Assembly (NCBI GenBank): GCA_050575255.1
Contig: JBNZDD010013610.1
Location: 1,410,366 to 1,474,365 of the forward strand
DNA length: 64,000 nucleotides
Direction: 5' to 3'
DNA from: Harriotta raleighana
Lineage: Eukaryota
A model generated the notes under the pieces. It worked only from the letters and a program-made list of their open reading frames with translations, was not told where the DNA came from and made no database searches. Shown here in pieces: positions 36,530-49,209 of this stretch (position 1 is the first letter of the stretch; every line of letters begins with the position of its first letter). The position numbers were made by a program, and so were the translations under genes.

Positions 36530-36770
36530 CCAAGGGAGTTCAAGTTTGCATTGTGCGAGATTATTAGCTGCTGTGCGGCCAGTTACGGTTAAGTTTCAGC
36601 CTCATTCTCCCAGGTCAAAGGTGGCAAGCCATACATATGCAGAGTGATAAGCATTATTTGATTAATGTGGGAGACAGATTGCAAGCACAGCTTTAAACTG
36701 CATGATGGTGTGGGATCTGCCCCAAGTAGTCTAATGTCCTGGTTAATGCATATCGTGGTGCAAACCTGCT
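36530..36770. promoter_or_regulatory. candidate enhancer / conserved non-coding element
   Basis: AGGTCA-A-AGGTGG (DR1-like, 36612), TGATTAATG (36659) and several TAAT cores. Conservation not tested. Confidence 0.35.
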
Positions 36771-37751
36771 GTTGCGGGTTTATTCAGACTCACTGCTTGC
36801 CACAGCACACAAACGGAATTGCGGTAAAGACTGCGTTGGCCCTTGAATTGGAATAAAAATTGCCCCCAAAACCATTTATTTAATCTCGTCTGCAGTTAAC
36901 TTCGAAATAATTGCAACATATCTTGTTCCACATATTTCGGGTTATGGAAAGAATTCTGCAAGAGTTTGGATCGACCCCGGCAGTTAATCCTGTGAGCAGA
37001 AAAGTTGTTTGGAAGTTAGGGTTTGTTTTATAGGAAGCTGTAACATTTCTCGATGCAATGTCATATGGAATATCCTAGTAAATATGCCTTTTAGTATATT
37101 AGTATTTTAGTCAAATCTGCTTTTAAAACTACACAGTAAAGCTTTACGTGATTTATATCAGAAGTAAACTGAAATGTTGTTTGGGTTCCTACAGAAGCTG
37201 AATATTTACATTCGGAAATATATGTCAAGGCGCATAAAATCTGAAGTGAGCTGGAATCTAGCCATGCTCTGATATGTATGGTCTAGTTATGGAAAGCATA
37301 GAGTACAGCTGATGTGCAGCAACTGGGAAAAACAATGCACATTTCCTCCCAAGCTCTGCCTGTTTAGGTTTGGCTTTGACGAACAGTTCATCTTGACAGT
37401 GAGAGCCTGCCAGCCTTATTCTCCTGAAATTTGCATGTTTGACCCTTTTTCACCGTCTCGATCGTGTTTTCATGTTGGTTTGATTTAGATCATCTGCATT
37501 GCTTAGTCACCCCTGAGTCTGGTTAGCCTTTGCCCAGTTGTTCCAGTCGTTCGGTGCGGAACCGCTAACTGGAAAATACTGAGTTCATGTCTCAGGGTCA
37601 TGTGTCACTCAAACCTGCTTGGGTTTCCATTAGTCAGTTCTCAGACAGACTGCCACATGATGTGTCCTTTGTAATAAAGGGCAAAGCAAACTGAGATTAT
37701 CCAATGAATTTACATTGAATTAAACTTTCAGCCTGAAGCTCTCAATAATGT

Positions 37752-37820
37752 ACAACAACAATAGCAACAACTTGCAATGGTAGAGCACCCGTTACGACAG
37801 TAGCATCTTGGAGCTCTTTA
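37752..37820 (-). mobile_element. L2-type retroposon tail
   Basis: CAACAACTTGCAATGGTAGAGCACC..TAGCATCTTGGAGCTCTTTA. Confidence 0.55.
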
Positions 37821-38129
37821 ATGTAGTGTTGACAATATAATTATCACGTGGAATATTGGTGAAATAGCTTGAAGCGTTTCTCACATCATTGCTAGTGACT
37901 GTGTATTTTGTAGGTTGAATCTCCTCCAGCATTGCCATCAGCGATGCAGTGACAGACAGCAAGTGGTTAACATCTCCAACATCAAGGTAAACCCGATGTA
38001 GATAGATTCACCCAATAAATGGCAAAGGTGCCTTGGGAGGATATCAGAATGAAGTCACAAGATCAAGTTCACAGACAATCCAAGTAGAACATGGAAAGAA
38101 TGGTACAAGTTCCTTTTGGGCCAGAATTA

Positions 38130-38340
38130 TGTAGAATGATATACATAGGATTGTTTGGCCCGATCAGTCCGTGCCAGCGTTTATAATTCACACAAGCCTC
38201 TCTTTGTCCTCTGTCCTGCATACCCTCTGTTGCCTTCTCCCTCATGTTCACTTCGCTCTAAGTTGCTCTTTGGAACACTCCTGTCCCATCAGCCACCCCC
38301 TTACCAGTAATCATGTTTTAATACTTCAATTAAAGGTACA
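38130..38340 (-). mobile_element. probable CR1 3' UTR relic
   Basis: TTTGGCCCGATCAGTCCGTGCCAGC is a degenerate reverse complement of the CR1 3' UTR GCCGGCACAGACTCGATGGGCCGAA. Confidence 0.45.
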
Positions 38341-38380
38341 AAATTTTTCCTTTAGAAATTGATGCCACATCATTTGTTTG

Positions 38381-38490
38381 TAATAAGAATAAGAATAAGA
38401 AAAAGTAATAGGATGCTTTGAATTTGATGCAAAGCCTTTCACATCAGGAGGACATATCAAAATGCTTCACAGGATTGATTCACTGTAATG
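38381..38490 (-). mobile_element. SINE tail
   Basis: ATTTGATGCAAAGCCTTTCACATCAGGAGGACATATCAAAATGCTTCACAGGA. Confidence 0.75.
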
Positions 38491-38516
38491 TCCAGTAACT
38501 GGGCATTTTATAGGAA

Positions 38517-38768
38517 AATAATAATTATAATTATTGCATTTTATATAGTGCCTTAGCATGTCTTTGTGATGAATCAAAGCACAGAATATAATATGAAGTG
38601 AATTGACTGTATATTTTACGGGCAAAACGTGGCAGGCAATTGTACACATCAGTGTCCCGCAAACAGTCGGGGATAGAAAAGACCAAATTATTATTTTTTT
38701 CAAAGAAATTATTATTCCCAGAAAAGCGATCTGCCAATCGACTAACAACAGAGTTCCTACTTGCTGGT
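38517..38768 (-). mobile_element. SINE family 2, head-truncated
   Basis: TTGCATTTTATATAGTGCC..AGTGTCCCGCAAACAGTCG..AGAAAAGCGATCTGCCAATCGA..TTCCTACTT, matching 57690-57930. Confidence 0.9.
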
Positions 38769-40403
38769 AGAAGTTTACTTCTACTAAAGAAAACTAAAAA
38801 GGGCAAAGTAGGAGCAAAGAGTAAACGAGGAGCTTAAGAATGAACCAAGAGAGGACTTGTGTACTTCATAGTACAGTAGAATGTTTCTCAAGGTCAGATT
38901 GAGTACGATTTGCATTTCAGTTATAGGGGCTTCAGGTCAAGGTCATCCAAAGCCTTTGTGCCATTTTGTTGGATCAACAGATGTGTTATTGCAGTAGATT
39001 ATGCTATTTGGGTTTTTGAATCGGACTGGGCGATCCTCGTAGAGGGTCCCGACGTGGAGTCAGTGAGATCAAAAGCAATAACCTGATAATTTCAAATCAA
39101 ACCCAAATGACATGTTTTAAAGTTCGAGATACTTTTAATTACGCCTTGACTTCTATTGCAGAATGTAGGTTTCTGCCCTTAACAACCCAGAACTGCTTCA
39201 ATGGACTGCTGCCCCTCTCCCCATTTTCAGCAGTTAATAGGTAATAGTGTAGTGAAATATTTATAACCAGAATTCTTCATTCGTTCTCCTCTACCTACCA
39301 TGAATAAGACAGGCAATCCCATGGGGGAAATCACAAAGGCAGCTGTCCTTTTAAAAGATTCTTATTCCACACGACTTGACTTCTCCGTTCACACATATTA
39401 TGTAGAGTTGCTCCCCACCAACCCTCCTCAACGCCTGCTTTTTCAAAAGTAATTTTCTCTCTTTGCGTGTTTCAGCAAAAACCTGGCAGTGATGAGATTT
39501 TTTTTAAGAGTACACAGGTTGGAAAATAGGCAAAGTAAAGTGATAATCAGTGAGGGATAAGAAGGGTTAAAAAGATTGAGAGTGTTAGAAGCAGGCAAAC
39601 AACACAGACTGATTGTCACTGAAGAAGAAAGATAGGTTTAGATTCTGATCGCTAATATTTGTTCAGTCTCTGATGAAAGATATTCATCAGAAACAGGAAC
39701 AAGACCTCTTTCAGATGCTGGCTGATCTCCGATGCTTTTCTGACATCTTCTCACTTTATAGTTTATAGCAGAAACCTACTGACTCATGTCTCCAGAGGTC
39801 ACGTAACATGCTCTGGGCCTTTATGGTTCTCCTCCACATATACTTTTCTTGCCTAGTAATTTCGACACATGCGTAATGTCCATCTGGACACAACTGAGAG
39901 GTCTCACTGCAGACACTACCAAGTTGACCAGACCAGTGGCTGTTAATGTTAAATGAAAAATGGTGACTAGCTGGCATTAGCTTTGTATTTTAAAACCTAC
40001 AGTTTGTGAGAGGACGGGTTGGGGTTCGGCTGAGGGAAGCTACTCTATTTTTACTGGAAGGAATAGGGATTGTAAGCTTTTGGTGGACTTCAAATTGTTG
40101 AACAAGATATTCTAGAAATAGAAATTCGAGAGTAACATTCAATCAATGAGCCAATCCAGACTCACTAGGAAGGTACCACACATCTGAAAGACAGAAGCCT
40201 TTACAATCCCTTGAAGTTTGGTGCAGGCTTAGTCCTTAAAGATTCACCTGTTCCATAGGGTCATTTAATTCAGTGACTATCTGGGTGGCTGACCAGCACT
40301 TTCAAACAATTTTGTTTTTAGAAAACATTCTAGTACGGAACCACCATCTAATGTTTAAGACATTTCAGATGCGTTTAAGGGGCTATGTACAAAATTAAAA
40401 AGC

Positions 40404-40582
40404 TCCCTCTCTCTCTTTTTTAAAATCTTTTTCTACTTTTCTTTCTCTCCCACCATTTGTTGTTTCTTTCTCGATTTTGGATTCTTCTTTCATTCCATCT
40501 CTCTGCCTCCTCTTTTGTTTTTGTTTTCATTTCTCTTTCTCGTTTTGTTCTTTCTCTCTCTCGTTCCTTAACTCTCTCTTTC
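40404..40582. repeat. pyrimidine-rich low-complexity tract
   Basis: Mostly C/T for ~180 bp. Confidence 0.8.
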
Positions 40583-40589
40583 CTTGATT

Positions 40590-40950
40590 TAAACGACAAG
40601 GCAATGATTGGAAATGGACTTGTGATGACACGTTGGTGGTGCTCGGTACTCCTATGCAATCATATGCTGATGTTCTTGCATTCACCCAGCGTTCTGTTTG
40701 CATATGGTCATAGTTGCTGCATAAACAACTGTGAAATGTACAGTCAACCGCTTGGGAGCATCAAACAGCAGACAGCGAAGGTATCAATTGCATGAATTTC
40801 TTCATTAATTTTTTGGTCAAAAAGTGACTGAAAATTTGTATCATTGTCTTGTAAATATGTTTCGCCAGCATTCCATTCAGGTCTCACAGGGTCATGAATT
40901 ATATGGAAAAACTATTTTTTATTTAATTGCTTCCTGATGTACAATACAAA
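40590..40950. promoter_or_regulatory. candidate enhancer / conserved non-coding element
   Basis: Complex unique block between two CT tracts with POU-like (TTTGCATAT, TATGCAAT, ATGAATTAT), SOX (CATTGT) and TAAT motifs. Conservation not tested. Confidence 0.35.
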
Positions 40951-40970
40951 GTGGATTTAGTTTCTATAAG

Positions 40971-41023
40971 CCCTCTTTCTCTCTCTCTCTCCCTCCTCTC
41001 TCTCTCTCTCTCTCGCTCTCTCC
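40971..41023. repeat. (CT)n microsatellite
   Basis: Direct inspection. Confidence 0.9.
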
Positions 41024-41746
41024 CTGGTGGAAAAGTGCTTTAAGATCACTTACTTTCTCACATTTATTTTTGATGTTCAGTACAAAGAATCATGCATTCT
41101 ATATCTCCGAACAATTCAGACAAAGTAACAATACGCACTGCCTACAGGGGCTTAAAAAAAAGCAGTCATAGCCTTCACTAGGTTGAATTCAATCCATGCA
41201 GAATAAGCCACATTTATTTCCTTTTATTACTGTCTGGTCTGGCCCACTGTCCACCGGAGTAAGTTGAATTTGCAAGTCAGATGGAAAGGTCACGTTTTGC
41301 TTCATCTATGTATACATCTGGGACGCTTGAAAATTGGGAAGTGAACATTTTCAGCCAACCCAACAAGAGGAAACACTATTCGAATGCTCGCTTTGAAATT
41401 CGCAAAGCTGTCTCTTTGGAATACACGTCTGGGGCTGCATGGCAGAGTTTAAGCAATCTTGACATCTGTTGTTTGCTTGATGGATTTTACAGTATGTAGA
41501 TTTTTACAAAGAAATTAATGGTCGTACCGAGTTGGCAGATTTGTACTCCGATGCACCACTGCAGTTCAAAGTATTTGCAAGCTGCGCCGTTTGCAAAGTA
41601 CTTCAGAGTGGCTCAGTGTTAAAGGGTGCTGCAGAATATTCACAACGCAGTGGATTTTGAAACTGGGTCAGGCTGGAGAGAACTCACAGCTGTTTCTTTT
41701 TGACTTTTGGGTGGCAGTTTTGTCAACTGATTTTTTAAAAAAAAAT

Positions 41747-41853
41747 TAGTTTTGTTTCGACCAGAAATTATACAGTCAATTCACCTTACGGTAAATTCTA
41801 ACGAAGACATGATAAGGCTCTGTGTCAAACACAAGGATTATTATTATTATTAT
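41747..41853 (+). mobile_element. SINE tail
   Basis: ATACAGTCAATTCAC..GACATGATAAGGCTCTGTGTCAAACACAAGG(ATT)5. Confidence 0.75.
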
Positions 41854-42002
41854 GATTTGCATAAATCTGCCATCATTGTGTTTTTTAAAAAAAACTGCTT
41901 TGGAGCACCTCGCTCATCCATCGGAAAACATAAATAGAAAAACTCAAATCTACTATTTAGTAATTCTTTCGCTCAATTATTTTTTAGCCATCCATTCAGC
42001 AG

Positions 42003-42095
42003 AATAATAAGAAGAAGAATCCGTGACATTTGATGTAGTGTCTTTCACATCGAGAGGATGTCTCAAAAGCGCTTTGTAGGATTCACCATGTAAAG
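42003..42095 (-). mobile_element. SINE tail
   Basis: CATTTGATGTAGTGTCTTTCACATCGAGAGGATGTCTCAAAAGCGCTT. Confidence 0.75.
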
Positions 42096-43439
42096 TCTGT
42101 GATTTGGGAGGTAAGCATCTAAGACGATCTGAACTGGGTTGCCACCTGAAATTATCATAGTCTCATTATCCCCTCTAAAGCAATAGATTGAAACTCTCAA
42201 CTCAACATTCACTGACCTGAGGCTTTTGTAGAGTCACAAGTATGATCGCAGTTGGATAAACAAATAACATTTTCTTTGCAGTTTCTATTAAACCTACATA
42301 GGATGTGTTTCGAGGGCAAATTCCTGTACCATGTTGCCGCTGGCAAAAATGGAGGGGGAGGTAGAGAAAAGTGCCCCATTTTCTGAAAATGGTCTAACAG
42401 TCATTGCAACATCACTGTGGTACTATGATATGTTTCTTTTGTCGTACAGTAATTTGTTTAACCCTTTAGTCTTTACAGGCACCTTTTGACACCTCAACAG
42501 TGCACTCCACCCTCATTATAACAGTATTCTTGGGTGCCAAGCATTTTTCTTGTTATAATGAGGTGTGTGTTACAGTGAGATTTAAAGGGGGAGATAGTCA
42601 AAATGTTATATAAAATATAATGTGAAACATTAGGAAGCATGGTCAAGCAGCTGTATAAATGAGACAATGTTATATCCACAAAGCTTATAATGAAGGTGGG
42701 AATGTATTTTAAAATGTGCGTCGACGAGCAGGAATACAATTTTTCCTCAATCTGTAATATGGTTTTGAGTGTCTACATTTTAAATGAATTCTCAGAAGTT
42801 AACAACAGTTTCCCATTTTCCACTTGGCAATGCACAAAATTGCCTCCTCCACCCCCACACCCACCATCTCCAATCCGTTTTGCAGGTTATTTCTCCTCAT
42901 TATTTTGGGTCCCTGTGCCTGACTCCCAAGGCACTTTGGGACTAAGAATATCCTTCCTCAGAAAACATGGTGGGCGTAAATACTACATGTATTTTTCATT
43001 TTTTCTTTGAACTCCTTCCAATTATGGACTTCCCACCTCCTCCTTTCTTCACTGCAGAAGCACCCATTACGCCAGATCCCCATGCCACCACCACTGATTG
43101 AAAGGTGTACTCTCCCCAGCCTTCAGCCAACTCAACACTTGACCTGACATTTCGCGTGCAAGAACTTGCTTGTTGACTTATCCTGCAGTTTTCTCTCCCT
43201 GTCTCTCCCCAGGGAAAAGTCTTGCCACCTCCTCAAGGCAGTCTGAGCCGTACCATGGCTCAGAGTATAATTTTGATAATTTTGATAATAGTGTTATCTA
43301 TAATAGTGTTTTTTGGTAATCTACACTCAATATGGCCATCTGAATGGTTGTGGCATTTTATAGTGTAGTAGAATACACATGGTGGTTTGGAAGGCTGATC
43401 ATGAATATCAGTGCATGTCAATGATTTAGTTCAGAGTTG

Positions 43440-43504
43440 TGTAAAGTGTTCTGAGACGCTACCTTGCATGGAGGGTGTTGTGTAGGTGCCAGTTGTTGTT
43501 GTTG
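43440..43504 (+). mobile_element. L2-type retroposon tail
   Basis: TGTAAAGTGTTCTGAGACGCTACCTTGCA..GTGCCA(GTT)4, a reverse-complement match to 3767-3822. Confidence 0.6.
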
Positions 43505-43969
43505 TGTCATTTCCATTAATAATTTTATTTATCCACTTCATGTGAGGAAAACAAATTGGACTGTTTGATGACATCTTTGTTTCATTTGAACATAGGTTTC
43601 ATGTGATACTTGTCCTCTCTCGTGTTCATTGAGACGCAAGCCTAAAGCGTTCTTAGTTTGACTACTTAGGCGATCTCATTCTTCACCCATTTGTGGTCGA
43701 TACAACGAGTATAATAATACTTTCTTTTAAAAGTTGTATTGACAAATCTTTTCACCTCAGTTCTGTTCAGTTCAACGCCTTCCCAGATGGCCCAGCTAAG
43801 ACCAGGAACTTCCTGCGTTGGAAATCATGGGAAAGAAACCAAGATATCCTACAATTATTTTGCCAACATCAATATCTCATCTCATAAAACGCAAAAGCAA
43901 ACTTTCCACACTAAAGCTTTCTGCAATCTGTTAAAAGAAGAACAAAACATGGAATCCTGCAAATGAACA

Positions 43970-44353
43970 ACATGGCAGGAGGCAATTGGTCCCAGTATTT
44001 GGGCTCCTGCAAGAAACCATCTAACCTATTCCCAATTCCATGCTTTTCCCCTACACCCTTTGACAGTTTTCCTCTCCCTGTACTTGTCCAATACTTTTTT
44101 AAGTGCCCCAATTAAGTCTGCTCTAAAATAAATCCCTGGCAAAACACTTGATACCCTGACAGCTGCCTGGGAGAAGAAGTTCTTCCAAACCTTTCCTTTT
44201 ACTCCCCGAGTCACCAAATTGGCTGGAATTGATGCCATCTTGCCTTGCAAGCACTTTCCAGTGAAAAGGGTTTTTCATAATTAATTCTCTCACACTCTTT
44301 CATTACCGTGAACACCCTCGATCAGATTGCTTCTCAACCTTCTCTTCTCTAAT
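43970..44353 (-). mobile_element. CR1 LINE 3' fragment, decayed
   Basis: Minus strand starts TTAGAGAAGAGAAGGTTGAGAAG (LEKRRLR) and includes VTRG..NFFSQAAVRVSSVLP..KKVLDKY. It is colinear with 7060-7440. Confidence 0.88.
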
Positions 44354-44618
44354 GGCATTTTAATCAACAATTATGGTACTGTAGAAGATGGGAGAAAATC
44401 CTACTGCAATCCATGAGAGGATTAAACAAAAGATTTGTCATATCTTACCGTACATCTGTGAACGGTTAGGTTTTAAAAAATTTTTTGTCAGTAATGTGAT
44501 GTCAGGGAAAGTGGAGGCTGGGCCACCCCTGACATTGAAACTGAAACAGAAATAAGTTTCACACTAAACTCAACTTTATTATGTATGACAACTTTGTATT
44601 TAAAGCATATCTCAATAT

Positions 44619-44942
44619 GTTAGCTTGACAGTTGATAGCACTGTCAAATCTGAGTCAGAAGATTGCGGGTGCAAGAATCACATTAGGATTTGAGGTCTAG
44701 GGTGACTCTTGAACAGAGTGTGGAGAGAGAGCTACAATATCAGAGTTTTTGTTATTTGAATGAGTTGTTAAACTGAGGTTCCATCTGCCCATTCAGATGA
44801 ACATTAAACATGGCACTGTTTGAAAAGGGAAGAGAGTTTCTCTCAGTGTCCTCATCAACAATGGCCCAGATTTTTTATAAAAAGTGGTCATTCACTTAAA
44901 TGTCTGTTTTTTGGACATTGGCCATGCTGTGATCACCTACAA
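44619..44942 (+). mobile_element. Deu-domain SINE (family 1), head plus core
   Basis: CAGTTGATAGCACT..TCTGAGTCAGAAG head, then GTTAAACTGAGGTTCCATCTGCC..ATGGCACTGTTTGAAAA..GAGTTTCTCTCAGTGTCCT. Confidence 0.85.
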
Positions 44943-47900
44943 ATTTAAATCTCGAACGTCTTGTACTGCTAATGAGCCTTAACTGTTATCTCATGTCGAT
45001 GAATTATTTTAGATTTTCACCTCCTTGAAATAGCAGGGGAGGGTGGGAGGCTTTGCGAGATTGTAGCCATAGAATATATTAAAACTATACATGTCATTTG
45101 GTAATATCATTAACTAAAAGAAGCAGAGATTTTATTTTCTGAGTAAAATAGGGGATCGCTCCAATGACAGCTCCAGCAGATTTACATTACATTTCCTCAA
45201 CAACATGTGACATCAGACAGCCCTGAATTATTACACGTGACATGAGAGAAATAGATGGAGGCTAAAGTGCATGTCCTGACAATGTTTCTGTGTACCGTAA
45301 TCCGAGGTTTAGACATTCATTTTACATGTTGCGCGGAATCATAACTTAACCTCCAAAATAAGAGACGAAAATACGGTATTAAGGAATCTTTAACGATAAC
45401 GCAGATTTCGATAAGTCAACGTCTATTTCTACTTGGTGTGTAAATTGATGTTTTTGTGTGTAATTAATGAAAAGGAATATTATTGGGACAGCCGTTGTTT
45501 TGGCAAAGTCCCTGAGAAACGTTTTACTATCCAGTATTGCCATTGGATCCTGCTGAGAATAATAGATGCAGACAGGTTTACACATCCATTGTCTTTTGAT
45601 ATGGTAAAAATGATGGCCGTACAGTATTAAAAGCAGAGTTGAGTTTTAAATTGCAGTGAGTGTTGTAATGTCTATTGGCGGCCAAAATGTTTGAACAGAT
45701 GAACGCTGACGGATTAAAGACGGCGCTGTAGTATTTTCCACGGAGGTATCTTCCTTCAGTAATACAGTGTTAAATCGTTCAATTTGATCTGATTGCGAAT
45801 CTAACGATAATTACAAGAGGCTTTTTGTTTTAGTGAAACCTGAAATTTTATTCCAACGTTTGAAACGCAACACAATGGAGGGTTGGGAGACTCGCAAAGT
45901 TAATTTCACAGCGAGAATATTGCTTTATTTTCGCTCATCTCCATTTCAGAATAATTTCACACGACCAAAGGTGAGATGTAATGGCAGGTGAAAGCATGGA
46001 ATAATGGTTTTAATAAGAAAACATGAGCAGTCCTACAGGCCTCTTTCCTAATGTTAGTTCAATGGTAAAGAAGGCATTAAGCAAGAATAAGTACAGTAGT
46101 ACATCAGAAATATCATGTATTTAACATATTTCTGTTGTGAAATCTCACACAGTATTGTATGTTTGCAATTATTAGAATCCACCCACAGGATAAGGGTCAG
46201 CATGAAATATAATCACCATTTTTCTGTGAAATATAATTCTTTCAGTGAAACAGCAGTGAATGTAAGAGGTCCTTTTAACTATGTTTTTCCTATCGTCCTC
46301 TTTGTGTCTTGCATTTGCTGCCCTAATTCTTCCCTTAATGCTTTCAGAGAGATTCCAATTGTCTGTATTTATGAATCACTAAATAAGTTAAATAGAAGTT
46401 CAAATTTCAAGGAGACATTCAATTTTCATTCTATTAGCAAGTCATGTTTGGCAAAGTCTAGAAACCGCCTAGTGCAGAAAATACTACAAAGCTTCCCTAA
46501 TGTTGAGGATGCATCCAGGTTAGAAATGACAGGATGGTGTAGAGTACCAGTCACTTAATGAATCCCCTTGGGATAAGGCCTTGGTTACTAACAATTCATA
46601 TCTAACTCATCAGTCAGGCTGCAGTCTCTGCAGTTGACTCCATCACTTGTAATATGGCCTCTTCTCGAAGGCTGCAACTTCTCTGTGCTGCATAAACAAC
46701 CAATTATGATGAAAGATATAAATTGCATACCTTTCTACAAATGTTCATTTCCTGCCTAGAACACCTGAATGAAGGTACTTTCAGGTATATATATATTTTT
46801 TAAAAGGCTTTAATACACTGACCTTCTACCTAAAGGCTGTTTTCTTATGTAGCCTAATTGCTGGGCTGTCCACATAAAGGACTTGCACTCCTTGCTTGTG
46901 TCACAAGGCAGTTCTGTAATTTAGTGCACAGTGATGCCTAACCTCTTGATGTGCGCAAAAAAAAAGTTTTTGGTGCAAGCATGCTTTGTGAGCATTTAGG
47001 GCTTATTAGTGTCATTCACAATGTCATCCATTTTACCATCGATCGCAGGCATTCCAGTTCAAACTAGCTTTGAAAAACCAGATGTTTCAAAGGATCCGTA
47101 TAACCCCCAGTGCCAAATCATTTCTTTTATTAAATCAGTTGCCGATAGACGGCTTTGTTTTTAGATAGAAAAAAAATTGTTTCAGCAGAACTCTTAAACT
47201 TTAAAGAAAAATTCCTGTGTCATTAATTGCGGGGTTTAGGAATACAGCACTCCTTGCATTTCTCGTATTTAATGAGTTCCAAATAAAATGGAGAACCAGT
47301 TATTAAAAAGGACAGCAAAGGGATTAATCTCCATAATAAGTCAAATTGGGGTCCGATTCCCTTGCTCTGTGCAACACACGCATTTTTCTTGTTGATGTTG
47401 CATCTGAATCACATAAAAGGGGAATTTGCATTTAATCAGTCAACCTCCCACTGAATCTTTGTGACACTGTGTATGTTTCCAGGGATGTTCAGTGTTTTCA
47501 ATTGGGTGTGTGAGTCCATGTGACATGTGTCCAGTTTCATAATTACATGAAGTTTCCTATTCTGTGGTAAATGGCTTCAGTTCAAAAAAGTGCACATTAC
47601 TCCCTCCAATATCTGTTTCTCTTGGCCTGAATTGTGTAACAAGCCTACCCCACATTCTTTCGCTGGGTCTTAGCCTTAACTACTTCAGTGCTGAACTCCA
47701 AATCAGTTTACTGCTGTGTAACAGAAGAGTTCTTTCTTGACAGAAACTCCAAGAAATCAATTCATAAATATCCAAAGTGGTCATGACAGTTATTATATTG
47801 TACCTTTTTATAGCACAAGATGAAGTAGTGGAGATAGTTTGAAGACATAATTATAGACATTACAGTCAACTCAGTGCTAACTGCCATTGTCCATCTGGTT

Positions 47901-48878
47901 GGCTGGATAAAGTTTTTGCCAACTGAGACAATTTTGTTAAACAATAGAGGCTCTTGGCTTGCAGAGAACAGAGGCAAATTGGTGCTAAACAATCATTTAA
48001 AGGACCCTTAATCTTGCCAAGTATCTTCCAAGACAATGAACATCCTTCAGCAATCCTCTGCACTTGATACTATCCACCAGTGACAGATTATCTCATCTAG
48101 TTGCCTTGTGCATCTGTGGAGCGTATATTTTCAAAGCAGGAAGGAAATTGAAGGTGATGGTATGAGAGCCAGCAGGGTTTTGTGCTGCCATTAGATGTTC
48201 CTATGAGTCATTCTAGTGGCTTATCTTATAAATGTTTCACCCAAATTTAAAAATCTTCCTCTAAATTGGAAACTATTTCTCGGGCTGTTTGTTTGTTATT
48301 TGATCAAATTTAATCCCAAAATTTCAACCAAAAGTTTCCAAAGTTCACTATGGTGCAATTCCCACTGTTGACACATGGTTAATTGTCATTTTGCTGAATC
48401 ACAAATTTCCCCAGTGAAATAATTTGAGCTGTAACATAATTAGATTTTCCTCTTGTAAAGTTTGGAAAAAGTTATTAGCGAGTCCCATTTAATGTGTAAC
48501 GTCCCTTGGATGTAATGGTAATCCAACCTTTTCAAATAGTAAAACTCAGCAAAGTTTATTTCGAATGTACTAATAGCATAGCAGTAATGTAAAACACATT
48601 TACAGAGCCTTTCTTTTTGAATATCCAGGCATATTAACAACCAGTGGATAATGTGGATCATATCCCAGCAACCTTCGTGCAAGAGAATATCAGTGAACGT
48701 TATTTCCAGGCTTCACAGTTGCCTTCAATTAAATGTTTCTCACAAATTGATGGGAAAGGAAGACTTCTAAATAAGGGCCTTCTGTGCTGTAAAATTTGCA
48801 GCACCAATCGAGAGGATTATCATGTATTGTGGACATTCATACCGATTATGCTTTCCATTCTGCAGCTGAGGTCTGGTT

Positions 48879-49209
48879 CTGCATTTGAAGCGCTTCAAAG
48901 TGCTTCGCAGAACATACTGTTAAACGGATTGACTGTATTTTGTGGGGGAAACATGGTAGGCAATTGCACATGGCATTGTCTGACGTACAGTCGTGGATAT
49001 TGATCAAATTATGGTTATCTTTATTTTTCAAAAGTTTATTACCAAGAAAAGCAATCTGCCAATCAAGGGGTTGTTATATACTGCTTGGTAAGCAGAGGTA
49101 TGTAGAGTAAAGAAACTTGCAGAAGGTTTCACCCTGCCTGGGAATCGAACTCGAGTCCTCTCACTGTACGAAGCAAGTGCTCTAACCACTGCTCTATTGG
49201 CAGGAATCC
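48879..49209 (-). mobile_element. tRNA-derived SINE family 2, near full length
   Basis: Reverse complement GGATTCCTG..CAGTGGTTAGAGCACTTGC..GAGTTCGATTCCCAGGCAGGG..GATTGGCAGATTGCTTTTCT. It is colinear with 57690-58047. Confidence 0.92.

Noticed and set aside
40420-40795. Overlapping ORFs rich in R/E/K or F/L/S
   Set aside because: Translation artefacts of the CT-rich low-complexity tract.
43185-43265. Strong acceptor-like TTTTCTCTCCCTGTCTCTCCCCAG plus a TCTGAGCC/GGCTCAGA hairpin
   Set aside because: No good downstream donor or recognisable peptide. Isolated acceptors are common in CT-rich DNA.
49130-49209. tRNA gene (also 17815-17887 and 57975-58047)
   Set aside because: These A/B-box regions run straight into SINE bodies and do not form intact cloverleaves, so they are SINE heads.
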